A stretch of 64,000 nucleotides of DNA from Squalus acanthias (lineage: Eukaryota), in NCBI GenBank assembly GCA_030390025.1, contig CM059432.1:121026001-121090000 (forward strand), in the 5' to 3' direction. The notes under the pieces were generated by a model that saw nothing but the letters and a program-made list of their open reading frames with translations, did not search any database and was not told where the DNA came from. The position numbers and the translations under genes are program-made. Position 1 is the first letter of the stretch. Every line of letters starts with the position of its first letter. Of the stretch, positions 22,478 to 35,533 are shown in pieces.

Positions 22478-23481
22478 GTTCGGCCTCAACTGGAGTATTG
22501 TACCCAATTCTGGGCACCGCACTTTAGGAAGGATGTGAAGGCCTTAGAGAGGGTGCAGAAAAGATTTATGAGAATGATTCCAGGGATGAGGGACTTCAGT
22601 TACGTGGATAGACTGGAGAAGCTGGGGTTGTGCTCCTTAGAGCAGAGAAAATTGAGAGGAGATTTGATAGAGGTGTTCAAAATCATGAGGGATCTGGACA
22701 GAGTAGATAGAGAGAAACTGTTCCCATTGGCGGAAGGGTCGAGAACCAGAAGACACACATTTAAGGTGATTGGCAAAAGAACCAAAGGCGACATAAGAAA
22801 ATACTTTTTTATGCAGCGAGTAGTTAGGATCAGGAGTGCACTGCCTGAAAGGGTGGTAGAGGCAGACTCAATCACAGCTTTCAAAAGGGAGTTGGATAAG
22901 TACCTGAAGGAAAAAAAATTGCAGGGCTACAGGGAAAGGGCGGGGTGAGACTAGCTGAAGTGCTCTTGCAGAGAGCCGGCATGGGCTCAACGGGCTGAAT
23001 GACCTTCTTTCGTGCTGTAACCATTCTATGATTCTTTGATTCTAACTCTGTTTCTATCTCCATGGATGCTGCCTGACTTGCTGAGTATTTCCAGCATTTT
23101 CTGTCTTCTCAGAGGCCTTCCTTTACCATTCCAAGCCTTGCAAGTGTCCAGCAGCAATCGCTGTACTCCCTGCACACTTTCAAAACTTTTAACATCTATT
23201 GCACCAAGCCACTACTTCAATAAAATATAAACAAGCCAGTCCAAAAGCTTAAATCCAAACTTACCTGAAAGATGTGTGTACCCCTTTAAAAAGCGCTGAC
23301 AGCGTCTCTGCAAGGCTGTTGCACTCTCACTTTTCAGAGTGAGCTTAGGACCCAACGGTAAACTCTGAAAAGGTTGAAGTTTGCAGACATGACAGCAGGT
23401 CGGCATTGAAAGCTGACTGATGTCACACTCTGCTGATTTACATTTTAGGGCCAGCGCTGCCAAACTGGGCATCGTTGAGCA

Positions 23482-23885
23482 GTTTATTGTTGAGTAAGTG
23501 TCGTTTGATAGCACTGTCGGCGACACCTTCCATCACCTTGCTGATGATTGAGAGTAAACTGATGGTGCGGTAATTGGCCGGATTGGATTTGTCCTGCTTT
23601 TATTGGACAGGACATACCGGGGCAATTTTCTACTTTGTCGGGTAGATGCCAGTGTTGTAGCTTTACTGGAACAGCTTGGCTAGAGGCACGGCTAGTTCTG
23701 GAGCACAAGTCTTCAGCACTACAACTGGGATGTTGTTGGGGCCCACAGCATTTGCTGTATCCAGTGCGCTGAGCCATTTCTTGATATCACGTGGAGTGAA
23801 TCAAATGGGCTGAAGACTGACTTCTGTGATGGTGGGGACCTCGGGAGAAGGCCGAGATGGACCATCCAGTCGGCACTTCTGGCTA
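23482..23885 (-). mobile_element. CR1/L2-group LINE internal fragment
   Basis: The reverse strand resembles the RT N-terminal region (WKVA.V.P..K / NY.PISL.SI.SK.ME-like), with frameshifts. Confidence 0.65.
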
Positions 23886-24917
23886 ATATTAGTGACTGTT
23901 AAGGTGCTTCTTTGGGGTGTCACAGCACATATATAGGAGTCTTTGGATGTCCACACAGTGATCAAAAAAGAACAGGTGTATTTTGCTCTTGTGAAAAATG
24001 TAGGGTGATGGCTGTAAAGCATTGTAAGCAGAGTAACTCATTTTCGCTACTTCCATTGATTTTCAGAAGACTTTTGATTGAGTACCTCTTCTGGCCCTCA
24101 TGAAGCAGTTAGAAGCGTGGGAGTACATGGCCAAATCTTGGATTTTATTGACTGTATCTACTCCACATCCAAAATCCATTAAATATAGATGGGAGACTCA
24201 CTGGGAAATATTCACTAGAAAAATAAATAATGCTAGGTTTTCCACGGTCACTTATCTTTGAGCTTCAGAGTGGCTGTTGCAGGCATTTCATAAAGTATTA
24301 GAACCATTGAAGTTTATAGCACAGGAGGAAGTCATTCAGCCCAATGTTGTGTCTGCCAGTTCGTACTACAGCGATCCAAAACTGATTTCTCTACAGTCCT
24401 CTATCTAATTCTGCTGCAACTATTTATCCACTTTTCCCATAAACGATGCAATGATCTCCAACTTAACTATTCTCTGTGACAAAGCATGTCGAGCTCCAAC
24501 AATGTTCTGCAAAAAGAAATTTCTCCTAACCTCTTCTCTTCCTTTCTTACTGACAATTTTAAATTGATGAACCTCTTGTCACTGACTCCCCAAGCAAAGG
24601 AAATACTCCTTTCCCATTCACCCTGTCAAAATCCTTGAGAATATTTAAAACATCTGTTAAATGTCCTCTTAGCCTTCTCTGATACAATGGAAAAAAACCT
24701 TGTGCAGAAAATGTGGCGTTCATTTTCACAAAGGATATTCATCTGGGGGATCAGTTGAGCTTTGTTAACCATATTGAACAATGGAATAACCTGTGGAATA
24801 TGGTGATGGGCCGCCAAGTGTGATGATATGGCTTTGCCATTGATATCAACAAGATTTTATAGTGGACTTGGGCTGACTAAGTACCTCTTTCTTGTGGACA
24901 GAGTCCTGAGCATACAC

Positions 24918-25074
24918 AAAAGCAAAATACTGCGGATGCTGAAAATCTGAAACAAAAACAGAAAATGCTGGAAAAACTCTGACGAAGGGTCGTCGACCTG
25001 AAACGTTAACTCTGTTTCTCTCTCCACAGATGCTGCCTGACCTGCTGAGTGTTTCCAGCATTTTCTGTTTTTGT
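24918..25074. mobile_element. Short Penelope pLTR-derived insertion with inverted end and hammerhead core
   Basis: 14-bp TSD TCCTGAGCATACAC (24904-24917 and 25075-25088). 24918-24973 is an inverted copy of the pLTR end. CTGACGA...GAAA core at 24979-25003. Confidence 0.85.
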
Positions 25075-25336
25075 TCCTGAGCATACACGTTGGATCACCA
25101 AGGGTGTTCGTGCCTCATAACAAAATATTATTCTCTAGTATCATAAGGGGTGTCCATCCTAATTCTTTTTTGGTAGCTGAGAATGCTGGTGGTCCCCAAT
25201 TTTAGCCTGGACACAGACCTTCAGGATCGCACTGAAGGGTGAAGAACACTTCAGTCATTCTTGTCTAACTTCAAGGTCCTAAAGTTGGTTAAGCCTGTGC
25301 CATATAAGACATACATCTAAGAAAGTTTGACTTCTT

Positions 25337-25976
25337 GGTTCCGATATTTACGTGGAGCCAGGAAGAGACTTGGCGTGGTGGGGGAGAGGATTTTCGGTCG
25401 GGAATCCTGGAACTGTCCAAATTAACCGCAGCATATCTTTTAAATTTTTTCAATAGGCTTCCCGCCCGGCAACCAGCCTGATTGACAGGATAGTTATCTG
25501 TCGTGCTTGAAAGCAGCCGAGGAGCATATGCCAGGTGAGTCTGATATCGTGGTGGTGGGGGGAATGGAGTGAATCGGACATCATGGGGGGTGGGTTGGCC
25601 GATTGCAGGGGCCTGATCGCGAGGAGGTTAGCTTGATGGGACTGGAGGAAACATTTTTGCTGTGCCTGGCCCATAAGCAGTGCTGTAAATGCCCTTACCT
25701 CATGGATCCAGCCCTCCTCGCCTCCTTTTACTTGCCGGGATTCCCAAGGCCTGGGAATCCCGGCTTCCATATGTTAAAAATAAAAATTGAATTAAAATGG
25801 AGGCACACAGCCTCCTTAAAAGATTTTAGTGACCGACCCACCTCCTGAGAGCGGATTGGTCGCCCTCCCCCGACCCACCTCCATTAAAACCGGAAGTGGG
25901 TGGATTGAGGTCGGGTTTGACAGTTTAAAATTTGACCTTCCCAACCCACCCATCCTTGGGGGCTGAAATTATCCCC
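25337..25976. mobile_element. Non-autonomous Harbinger-like MITE, decayed
   Basis: Degenerate TIRs GGTTCCGATATTT / AAATTATCCCC and GC-rich subtermini similar to other MITEs in the window. Confidence 0.55.
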
Positions 25977-27121
25977 ATGGTTCAGATGTCCACGGCTTGC
26001 AATGTAAGTCCGTTCTTTGGCCAATTTGGAAGATTTTGAACCAAGAGCTAGATTTGTAGTAAAATGGGGAAATGGTTGCAGAGAGGGAGGGCTCCAATCT
26101 ACCCCAACCTGTCACTGAGCATCCAAGGGAGGGAGTCAGCCTTACACAGAGGGTGCCTTATTACTAAAGTCCTCATGTAAGGTTAATCAGTTAGTGTCGA
26201 ATATACCTAGAACACGACACTGCACTTGATAATCTAGAACATCAATAAGGCTATCACTTGCAAGTTGGTTTTAGAGCAGCTTCTGAGTCTGCATTGTCAA
26301 TATGTCATTGTTTTAAAAGTTGTCTGAATGGTTTGAATATTGTTTAATGTAGGATTACGGAAGTGGTGAATGACGTAACATGGACTGTTTATGCAGAGGG
26401 GCTTTCTATAAGTTTTCCGTGCAGGGGAATGAATCCCTGAGCAATTAATTCATCCCTCACATCTCTTGCTGCAAGGTGTTGACGTGGCTCTCTTTATTCT
26501 TCTGCTTCCTTGCATTTCCCCAGTCCTTTTCATCCGATGAGGACTGCTGTTGTGGCTCTGGAGGCGCAAATCAACTGAATCTTTTCCCCAAAGGATTTTA
26601 GCTCCGAAAATCAAGAAGTAGAATCAGTTTGGGTGGAGCTAAGAAACAGCAAGGGGCAGAAAACATTGGTGGGAGTTGTTTATAGGTCCCCAAACAGTAG
26701 TTGTAATGTAGGGCAGAGTATAAATCAGGAAATTAGAGGCGCATGTAACAAAGGTAATACAGTAATCATGGGGGACTTTAATCTACATAAAGACTGGGCA
26801 GACCAAATTTGCAGTAATAGTGTGGAGGACAAGTTCATGGAATGTATACAAGATAGATTTCTGGATCAGTATGTTGAGGAACCAAATGGGAACAGCCTAT
26901 TTTAGATCTAGTATTGTGCAATGAGAAAGGGTAATTAATAACCTTGTAGTAAAGGGGCCTTTAAAGGAGAGTGACCATAATATTATAGAATTTCATATTG
27001 AGTTTGAAAGTGATTTAGTTAAGTCCGAAACTAGGGTCTTAAATCTAAACATAGCAAACTACGTAGGTATGAGGGGCGAGTTGGCTAAGGTAGATTGGGA
27101 AACTATATTAAAAGGTATGAT

Positions 27122-27728
27122 AAAAACATAGAAAAAAAAGGAGTAGGCCATTCGGCCCTTCGAGCCTGCTCTGCCATTCAATATGATCATGGCTGATCCT
27201 CTACCTCAATACCATATTCCTGCTCTCTCCCCATACCTCTTGACGCCTTTTGCGTCTGGAAATCTATCTACTTCTTAAATATATTCAGTGACTTGGCCTC
27301 CACAGTCTTCTGTGATAGAGAATTCCACAGGTTCACAACCCTCTGAATGAAGAAATTTCTCCTCATCTCAGTCCTAAATGTCCTACCCCATATCCTGAGA
27401 CTGTGACCCCTCGTTCTAGACCCCCCAACCAGGGGAAACATCCTCCCTGTATCCAGTCTGTCTAGCCCTGTCAGAATTTTATACGTTTCAATGAGATCCC
27501 CTCTCATTCTTCTAAACTCTAGTGAATACAAGCCTAGTCGACCCAATCTCTCCTCATACGACACTCCTGCCATCCCAGGAATCAGTCGGTGAACCTTCGC
27601 TGCACTCCCTCTATGGCAAGTATATCCTTTCTTAGGTAAGGAGACCAAAACTGCATATAGTACTCCAGGTGTGGTCTCACCAAGGCCCTGTATAACTGTA
27701 GTAAGACATCCTTGCTCCTGTACTCAAT
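27122..27728 (-). mobile_element. CR1 3' fragment inserted antisense in CR1 copy 2
   Basis: ORF 27268-27648 (-) YEERLGRLGLYSLEFRRMRGDLIETYKI; GGTATGAT occurs on both flanks. Confidence 0.88.
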
Positions 27729-28151
27729 GATATATTGGTATGATGGTAGACAAGCAATGGCTAGCATTTAAAGAATTAATAATTAATCTGCAACAAATAT
27801 GCATTCCTTTAAGGCACAAAAATCCCACAGGAAAAGTGTTCCAACTGTGGCTAACAAGAGAAGTTAAAGATAGTACTAGATCAAAGGAAAAGAGGCTTAT
27901 TATGTTGCCAAAAAGAGTAGTATGGCTGAGGATTGGGAGGATTTTAGAATTCAGCAAAAGAAATTTGATAAGGAAAGAGAAAATAGAATGAGAGTAAATT
28001 AGCAGGAGACATAAAAACAGATTGTAAACATTTCTATAGGTATGTAAACAGGAAGAGATTAGTGAAAGTACACATGGGCCCATTAGAAGCAGAGACAGGC
28101 AAAATTATACTTGGCAATAAGGAAATGGCAGAGACATTAAACAAATACTTT

Positions 28152-28996
28152 GGGCTTGATTTTGCCAGCCCCGAGGAGGTGGGTATGGAGGCGGGACTGC
28201 CGGCAATGTTGCAGAAAGTGGGGGTGGCTGGCAAACCCGCCCCCATCCCGCCTCCGTGCCCTTTTGCCAGGAGGCGGGAAGCCGTCCTGACCCGGGCCCC
28301 GTCTCCTCGAGGCGGGAAAGGGATTAAATCCTTTTAACTGCCTGTTAACAGGTAGCTAACAGGCAGAAAAAAAGGATTAGTCCCATTTTACCTTTCCAAC
28401 TGCAGGCTTCCCGACCTTGGAGAACCCTGCCGGGTTGGAGGAGTCAAGTAGGGGGTCTGCGGGGGTCAGAGGAGTCTAAAGTGAGATGTAGAGGTGACTG
28501 ATGGGTGCAAGTGTGGAGTGGTAAGTATGTAAGGTGAGTGTAAACCGTTAACAAATGTTCACTTACCTTTTTTTCTGCCTACAGCCTTCATCCGCTCTGG
28601 ATCGGGAGTCCCGACATCTTCCTTATAGATTTCACAGACCGGCTGTTGGATCCTCCGAACCAACAGTCATCTGAAATCTGCAAAGTAGAAAGGTTTGAGG
28701 AGTCCTGAACACAAGGTATCATCAAACTACACAGAATGTCAGTGTTTGACAGCTTCACAGAGCTCTCAAATGCTGACATTTCTTCTTTCAAGAAATCTTG
28801 ACAGATGGCACGTCAGACGTTGATGTGCTCTGTCAGTGACTTCCCCCTAATTGGCCTGCTGAGCCCGCAGGGCGGGCTTAACAAGGTCAATCAGGGGAAA
28901 ATCCCGCTGGTTGGCCAGAAGATGATGGAGGCGGGACTTAGACCCGACAAGCAGCAGTCCCGCCTCCAGCACGTCTCCATTCACAAAATCCAGCCA
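28152..28996. mobile_element. Harbinger-type MITE (family A)
   Basis: TIRs GGGCTTGATTTTG / CAAAATCCAGCCA and TTT duplication. Inverted homolog at 59432-60219. Confidence 0.85.
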
Positions 28997-30200
28997 TTTG
29001 TATCTGTCTTCACGGTAGAAGACACAAAAAACATTCCGGAAATAGTGGGAAACCAAGGGTCTAGAGAGAATGAGGAACTTAAAGAAATCAGTATAAGTAA
29101 AGACATAGTACTGGAGAAATGAATGAGACTAAGTGGCGATAAATACCCTGGACCTGATGACCTAGGGTTTTACAAGAGGTAGCTGCAGAGATAGTGGATG
29201 CACTGGTATTAATCTTCCAGAATTCCCTAGATTCTAGAATAATCCCCAAGGATTGGAAGGTAGCAAACATAACCCCGCTATTTAAGAAAAGAGGAAGAGA
29301 AAAAAACAGGGATCTATAGGCCAGTTAGCTTGACATCAGTAGTAGGCAAAATGCTAGAATCTATTATTAGGGACGTGGTAACAGGACACTTAGAAAATTG
29401 TGATCAGGCAGAGTCAACATAGTTTTAAGAAAGGGAAATCGTGTTTGACAAATCTGTTAAAGTTTTTTGAAGATGTAATTAGTAGGATGGATAAGGGGAA
29501 CCAGTAGATGGAGTGTATTTGGATTTTCAAAAAGCATTCGATGAGGTGCCACACAAGAAGTTATTACACAAAATTAGGACTTATGGGATTGGGGGTAATA
29601 TTTTAACATGAATTGAGGATTGGTTAACAGACAGAAAACAGAGAGTAGGAATAAAAGGGACTTTTTTGGGTTGTCAGGCTGTAACTAGTGGGATACCGCA
29701 AGGATCAGTGCTTGGGCCTCAGCTATTTACAATCTATATTAATGACTTTGATAAAGGGACTGAGTGTAATGTATCCAAGTTTGCTGATGATACAAAGTTA
29801 GGTGGGAAAGTAAGCTGTAAGGAGGACACAAAAAGGCTGCAGAGAGATATAAAGGTTGACTGAGTGGGCAAGAATATGGCAAATGGAATACAATGTGGGG
29901 AAGTGTGAATTTATCCACTTTGGTAGGAAAAACAAAGAAGCAGAATATTTTTTGAATGGTAAGAGACTGGGAAATGTTTGCAGTCAGAATGACCTGGGTA
30001 TCCTTGTACATGAGTCACAGAAAGTTAACATGTAGGTTCAGCAAGCAATTAGGAACGAAAATGGTATGTTTGCTTTTGTTACAAAGGGATTAGAGTATAA
30101 GAGTAAAGAAGTCTTACTACAATTATACAGGGCATTGGTAAGGCCATACCTCAATTATTTTGTACAGTTCTGGTCTCCTTACCTAAGGAAAGACATACTT

Positions 30201-30360
30201 ACTCGAGACACAAAAGGCATCAAGGGGTATGGGGAGAGAAGGGGAATATGGTATTGAGATTAGAGGATCAGCCATGATCATATTGAATGGTGGAGCAGGC
30301 TCAAAGGGCCGAATGGCCTACTCCTGCTCCTATTTTTCTATGTTTCTATGTTCTATGTTT
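30201..30360 (+). mobile_element. Short CR1 3' end inserted within CR1 copy 2
   Basis: A 3' UTR and TATGTTTC tail interrupt the codons GACATACTT|GCCTTGGAG. Confidence 0.8.
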
Positions 30361-31109
30361 GCCTTGGAGGGAGTGCAATGAAGATTCACTAGACTGGTTC
30401 CTGGGATGAGGGGATTGCCCTATGAGGAGAGATTGAGTAGACTAGGCCTATATTCCCTAGAGTTTAGAAGAATGAGAGGTGATCTACTTGAAACATATAA
30501 AATTTTTAAGGGGCTTGACAGGTTTAATGCTGAGAAAATGTTTCCCCTGGCTGGAAATCTAGAACACAGGGTCACAGTCTCAGAATAATGGGTTGAACAT
30601 TTAGGACTGAGATGAGGAGAAATTTCTTCACTCAAAGGGTTGTGAATATTTGGAATGCTCTACCGCAGAGAGCTGTGGATGCTCAGTCGTTGAGTATATT
30701 CAGGACAGAGGTCAATACATTTTTGGGAACTAAGGGATTTAAGGGATATGGGGATAGTGCGGGAAGGTGGAGTTGAGGTAGAAGGTCAGCCATGATCTTG
30801 TTGAATGGCGGAGCAGGCTCGAAGGACCAAATGGGCTACTCCAGCTCCTATTTCTTATGTTCTAATGTTCTTATGTTCTTAAATCCAACAGCATAATGGC
30901 ACACCGATCCTATGCTCCAATTATCTGCAGCCGAGTGCCCCTTCAGTGGCCCTTAAGAGATCAATTCCACTAAATTTTACTGGCAAGTTGGGCGTTGAGC
31001 GGGACCTCTGTGATTTTGCATTTAACTGCATCATAGTATCCTGAAATTAAACAGAAAATGCTGGATCCTGATTTTTATGTATTCATGAGGTCCCCGGCTG
31101 CCTCTGGTG

Positions 31110-31610
31110 AACATAAGAACCTAAGAAATAGGAGCAGGAGTAGATCGTTTGGCCCTCCAAGCCTGCTCCGCCATTCATTAAGATCATGGCTGATCTTCTA
31201 CCTCATCGCCACTTTCCTGCATTATCGCCATATCGCTTGATTCCCTTAATATTCAAAAATCTATCGATCTCTGTCTTGAGTATATTCAACGACTGAGCCT
31301 CCACAGCCCTCTGGGGTAGAGAATTCCAAAGATTCACCACCCTCTGAGTGAAGAAATTTCTCCTCATCTCAGTCCTAAATGGCCGACCCCTTATTCTGAG
31401 ACTGTGACCCCCGGTTCTAGACTCCCCAGCCAGGGGAAACAGCCTCCCAGCATCTACCCTGTCAAGCCCTGTAAGAATTTTGTATTTTTCAATGAGATCA
31501 CCTCTCATTCTTCTAAACTCTAGAAAATATAGGCCTAGTCTACTCAATCTCTCCTCATAGGACAATCCCCCCATCCCAGGAACCAGTCTGGTGAACCTTC
31601 GTTGCACTCA
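31110..31610 (-). mobile_element. CR1 3' fragment
   Basis: ORF 31203-31607 (-) [11 protein letters not shown]...RGDLIEKYKI. Confidence 0.88.
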
Positions 31611-32058
31611 CCTTGGTGAGTGCCTCGAAAGTTCAAAAAAACTGTGGTTAAAATGGCAGCTGATGGGAACGCAGTGAGAACTGCTCTAGTATTTACAGTG
31701 ATTTTTAACCTCTTGCTCGCCTCATCCCAGTCGGGCCGGCAGTGTTAAAATTGCCCCTAAAATGTCTACTGAGTGCAGCGAGCCCAGAGTGAACAACTGC
31801 GAGTTTGGTAAGTGTGGGAGTTTTAAGGGTTAATCTATTAAAATCTAGCGTTAATTGCTAGTAGCTCTTAAGTAAGATCAACTGTTTAAGTTCAAATTTA
31901 CACTTTAAATTTTTAAGTTTCTTCAGGCTTAAGCAGAGACAAACAAGCAAGATCTCCTGCTAGAGAGCTGCTGTAGTTAGTTAATTAGCTAACTGGATTA
32001 AACTGGTTCCTGAAACAGTAGCAGAGCAGTGGTGACTCATCTGAGTCACAAACAGTAT

Positions 32059-32802
32059 GGCCCAGAAATTGATCTCGCTCTGTTCCCGCGGGGGTAAGCC
32101 TTTCCCGCGATGTCTCACCTCGCTTATGCTTTTTCTGATCCAGCTCGCACGAAATTGATGTTCCAGACATCAGCTGTGCTGGGCTTGCGTATCCCAGCGG
32201 CGTAGTTAATTCGTGCGAGCTGTGGGATCACGTGACTCAGTTAGAGCCAATGGCAGCACACCATCTTCCATTCATAAGTCTCACAGCATGGCTGAGAGAC
32301 TTATGAATCTTACACCCCCCCAAAATAACAGCTAAACCTCAATTAAATTTAAAAAAAAACCCATCACATTAATAAAATAAGTATAGTTAATTAAATTAAC
32401 CATTTTAAATAAAAAATTTAATTTTTGAAAAAATTTAAAATCTTTTAAAAAGTTATAAAAATAAACTTACCTGTCTTTAAAGTCTATAAAAAAGATATAC
32501 CTGTAAAAAAAAATTCAAAAAAATACTTAATTCACTACTTACCTTCTTAAAAGCGGGTCTTACTCCTCCTTTTTACATTTCCAAAATCTTCAGTACTTAC
32601 CTGCGCGTCCAAAGCATGAAGTGCACAGCGTGCGCGCAGCCTGTAGCGCGCACGCGATGCACTCCGGCCCCGCCCCCTTTTCGGAAGAGCAATTGCCGGT
32701 TTTCAGCGCATGCGCAGGGCATGCAGAAAACCGGCAATTGGAGTGGGAATACGCGAGAGTACGCAGTGCGTACTCTCGCGTCCCGGGATCAATTTTCGGC
32801 CC
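32059..32802. mobile_element. Harbinger-type MITE (family B)
   Basis: TIRs GGCCCAGAAATTGATC / GATCAATTTTCGGCCC and TSD TAT. Inverted homolog at 36441-37192. Confidence 0.85.
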
Positions 32803-33165
32803 TATAAATCCTGTGAGTGCAGCCAGCACAAAGTGAACAACTGCAAGTTTGATAAGTGTGGGGGTTGGGTGAAGTGGGGCAAGGAGGTGCTTGCTTTTCT
32901 TAACTTCTCCCGCAGAGCGGCGGCTGACCTGAGTGGGAGCAGACCGACGCCCGAGAGCGGGGATAAAAGCAGCAACAGACCTGCATCAACAAGAGAAAAT
33001 GGCAGTGTGACGTCACAGGTAAGGCAGATAAGTGATTGGTGGTGACTGTTTTAAGTTAACATATAACTAAATTTTAAAAACAAAACTTAATTTAATTAAT
33101 TTAATAAACTAAACGAGGTAAATAATTTGATTAATACTAGACTAATTAATTAAATAAATAAAATA

Positions 33166-33885
33166 ATGGGAGAACAGGAGATGTGTTGCTGCTGCAACAT
33201 GTGGGAGCTTGTGGACATTTTTGTCCAGGGCGACTACAAATGCGGTAAGTGTCTGCAGCTCGAGGAACTTCAGCTCCGAGTTGAGGAGCTGGAGTCCGAG
33301 CTGCAGACATTGCGAGACATCAGGGAGGGAGAAAGTTACCTGGACCTTTTGCTCCAGGAGGCAGCCACACCCCTTAGATTAAATACTTTAGAATTGACAC
33401 GTGGTCAGGGACAGGAGAGTGTGATTGTGAGTGAGGCAGGTACGGGGATCCAGGAGGTGGAATTGCAGGAGCCTCAGTCCCTGCACTTGTCCAATAGATT
33501 CGAGGTTCTTGCAACCCTTGTGGACAAGTGTGGGGACTGTGGCTGGACGAGCAAACGGACCATGGCGCAGGAAGTCGTTCAAGTGGGAGGAGTAAAAAGG
33601 AAGGTGGCTGAAGTCGGTGACAGTATAGTTAGGGGGATAGACACTGTTCTCTGCAGCCAGGAGCATGAGTCCCGAAGGCTATGTTGCCTACCCGGTGCCC
33701 GTGTAAAGGACATCTCCTCCAGGCTGGAGAACAACTTGGAGTGGGAGGGGTAGGATACAGTTGTTGTGGTCCACGTAGGTACCAACGACATAGGTACCAA
33801 CGACATAGGTAGGACAAAGGAAGAGGTTCTGTTGAGAGAGTCTGAGCAGCTAGGGACTAAATTAAAAAGCAGAACCACAAAGGTC
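33166..33885 (+). pseudogene. CR1 ORF1 5' part (zinc finger, coiled coil, esterase), split by the solo LTR
   Basis: MCCCCNMWE...CGKCLQLEELQLRVEELE, VGDSIVRG, HVGTND; premature stop at 33751. The remainder lies at 35534-~35760. Confidence 0.85.
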
Positions 33886-35533
33886 TGTCGAATTCGCAAT
33901 ATATCGCGATTTTATTAATAAGGAGAAAACACAGAGTTTCGTTCAAACAGCTTTTATTTCAGCAGAATGCTGCCAGGTTTAAAGTGGACACAAGCAGCCT
34001 GTAAAATGGCCGCCGCACCTCGTGACAGAACATTCTAGACTTTTCAACAGGCAGACAAGATGGCGTTCCAATAAACATTTGTGCAAGATCGATTAAGATT
34101 CAGCACAGTGAAGATAATACACGAGACATTATGGGTTTGCAGTATACACATAAATACTGAAATCGGTCTCCCAGGTACAAATGAAAGCTATTGTACCGAG
34201 TAATCAAGGGCCCATCCAAAAGACATTAATATGTAAAATCCCAACGACTCTACGATGAGAGAGCCGTTAGCAGGTAGTTATACAAAACACTTGGAAGCCC
34301 CACAACCCCTCCAGGGAGAACACCGACCGATTTAACAATGGGAGAAATATTAACAGGTACTCAGACATTTACGAGTAGCCCCGAAACCCATTAAGAACGG
34401 AGATCACCCATGCAAAACATTTGAGCGCCAGACCCTAAACAAAAGAATGGACATTATAGTTGGGCGGGAAACGGAAGATTTTGCACTATAATTGCAGGCT
34501 CCAAACCGTCCATCTTTCTCTTATCATCGTGGCTGCTCCTGTGCTCTTATTCGTAACCTCGTGGCTGCTCCTGTGTACTCGTAGTTGGGCTCCTGCTTGC
34601 CTGTTGCCTCTTTGAAAAGGACTGTTGAACTTTCTGATCCGTTCGGATCTACCTCGTGTCGCGTAACGAAGACCTATGTTGGTAACTGGCAGCGGAACCA
34701 AAGGCCCGAGATGAGATGAGATGAGATGAGATGAGATGAGAAGAGAGGAAGACCATATCCATCGCCACGGTCAGTAAATCCCGACCGCGCCTGTAGGTCG
34801 ATTAGCCAAGTTTTCCTTGCCAGGAAGACTTCTTCGAACTTGCAAGGAAACATATCGTATCGATGATATTGACAACTGTGCTCGAAAAGTACCTGTTAAA
34901 CCAACCAACACAGGTCTTCATCACAGCAGACGTTCCAGCCTGCTAGCCGGAGCAGCAGAAGCAAGTAAACAAGTGGGACCAGGAGATCTCCTGACCGACA
35001 CGTGGGTGCTGCGGTGAAAAACATCCGATCAGCTATTCGGAATTTCTCCGAGTTATCACGAGTGGTGAGCATGAGTCTCGAAATCCTACGAATCTAGTTT
35101 AGGATAGATATTGATAGGGGAGGGTTTAAGGATTAAGGATATTTGTAATGTGTGCCCCTATTTACTATGTGCCGTTCGTTCCTCGTTTCCCTAAGATCGA
35201 CTATATAACTGCTTGTAAGATTGTACTGTCATTAATCTGTGCTTATGACATGTATTTCATAATCTTAAGTATCATGCAATAAAGATTTTCCATTTCGTAC
35301 CATTCAACCGAGTCTACATGAGTTTTCATCTCCATTACTGCTCTCGCATCTAAGTCCAGTGTCTAGAACCGTAAGGGCGAGTGATTCGAACCACTCACAG
35401 GTGTGTCTAGTGTTCCCAGACTGGCTGGAGACCAGAACAGGCAACAAGGCCTAGACCCGCACTGACATACAGGCTGCACAGAGCCGCGTGAATCTCACAG
35501 GCGGCGAGACACGCAGGGTCAGAATCCCTTACA
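33886..35533 (+). mobile_element. Long solo LTR (1648 bp), diverged relative of 12706-14433
   Basis: TG...CA termini with GTC on both flanks (imperfect TSD). TATAA at 34487-34491 and AATAAA at 35278-35283. Collinear conserved blocks with the reverse complement of 12706-14433. (ATGAG)n at 34709-34740. Confidence 0.82.

Larger units (their letters stand above)
20590..23035 (+). mobile_element. 5'-truncated CR1 (RT and 3' end) interrupted by a Penelope-like element
   Basis: [36 protein letters not shown], then ALERVQKRF...RGDLIEVFKI after 22478. Confidence 0.88.
26590..30880 (+). mobile_element. CR1 copy 2 (ORF2 and 3' UTR) with nested insertions
   Basis: Endonuclease (VYRSPNS, IMGDFN) and RT ([14 protein letters not shown]) fragments and a TATGTTCT tail. 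Nested elements at 27122-27728, 28152-28996 and 30201-30360. Confidence 0.88.
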
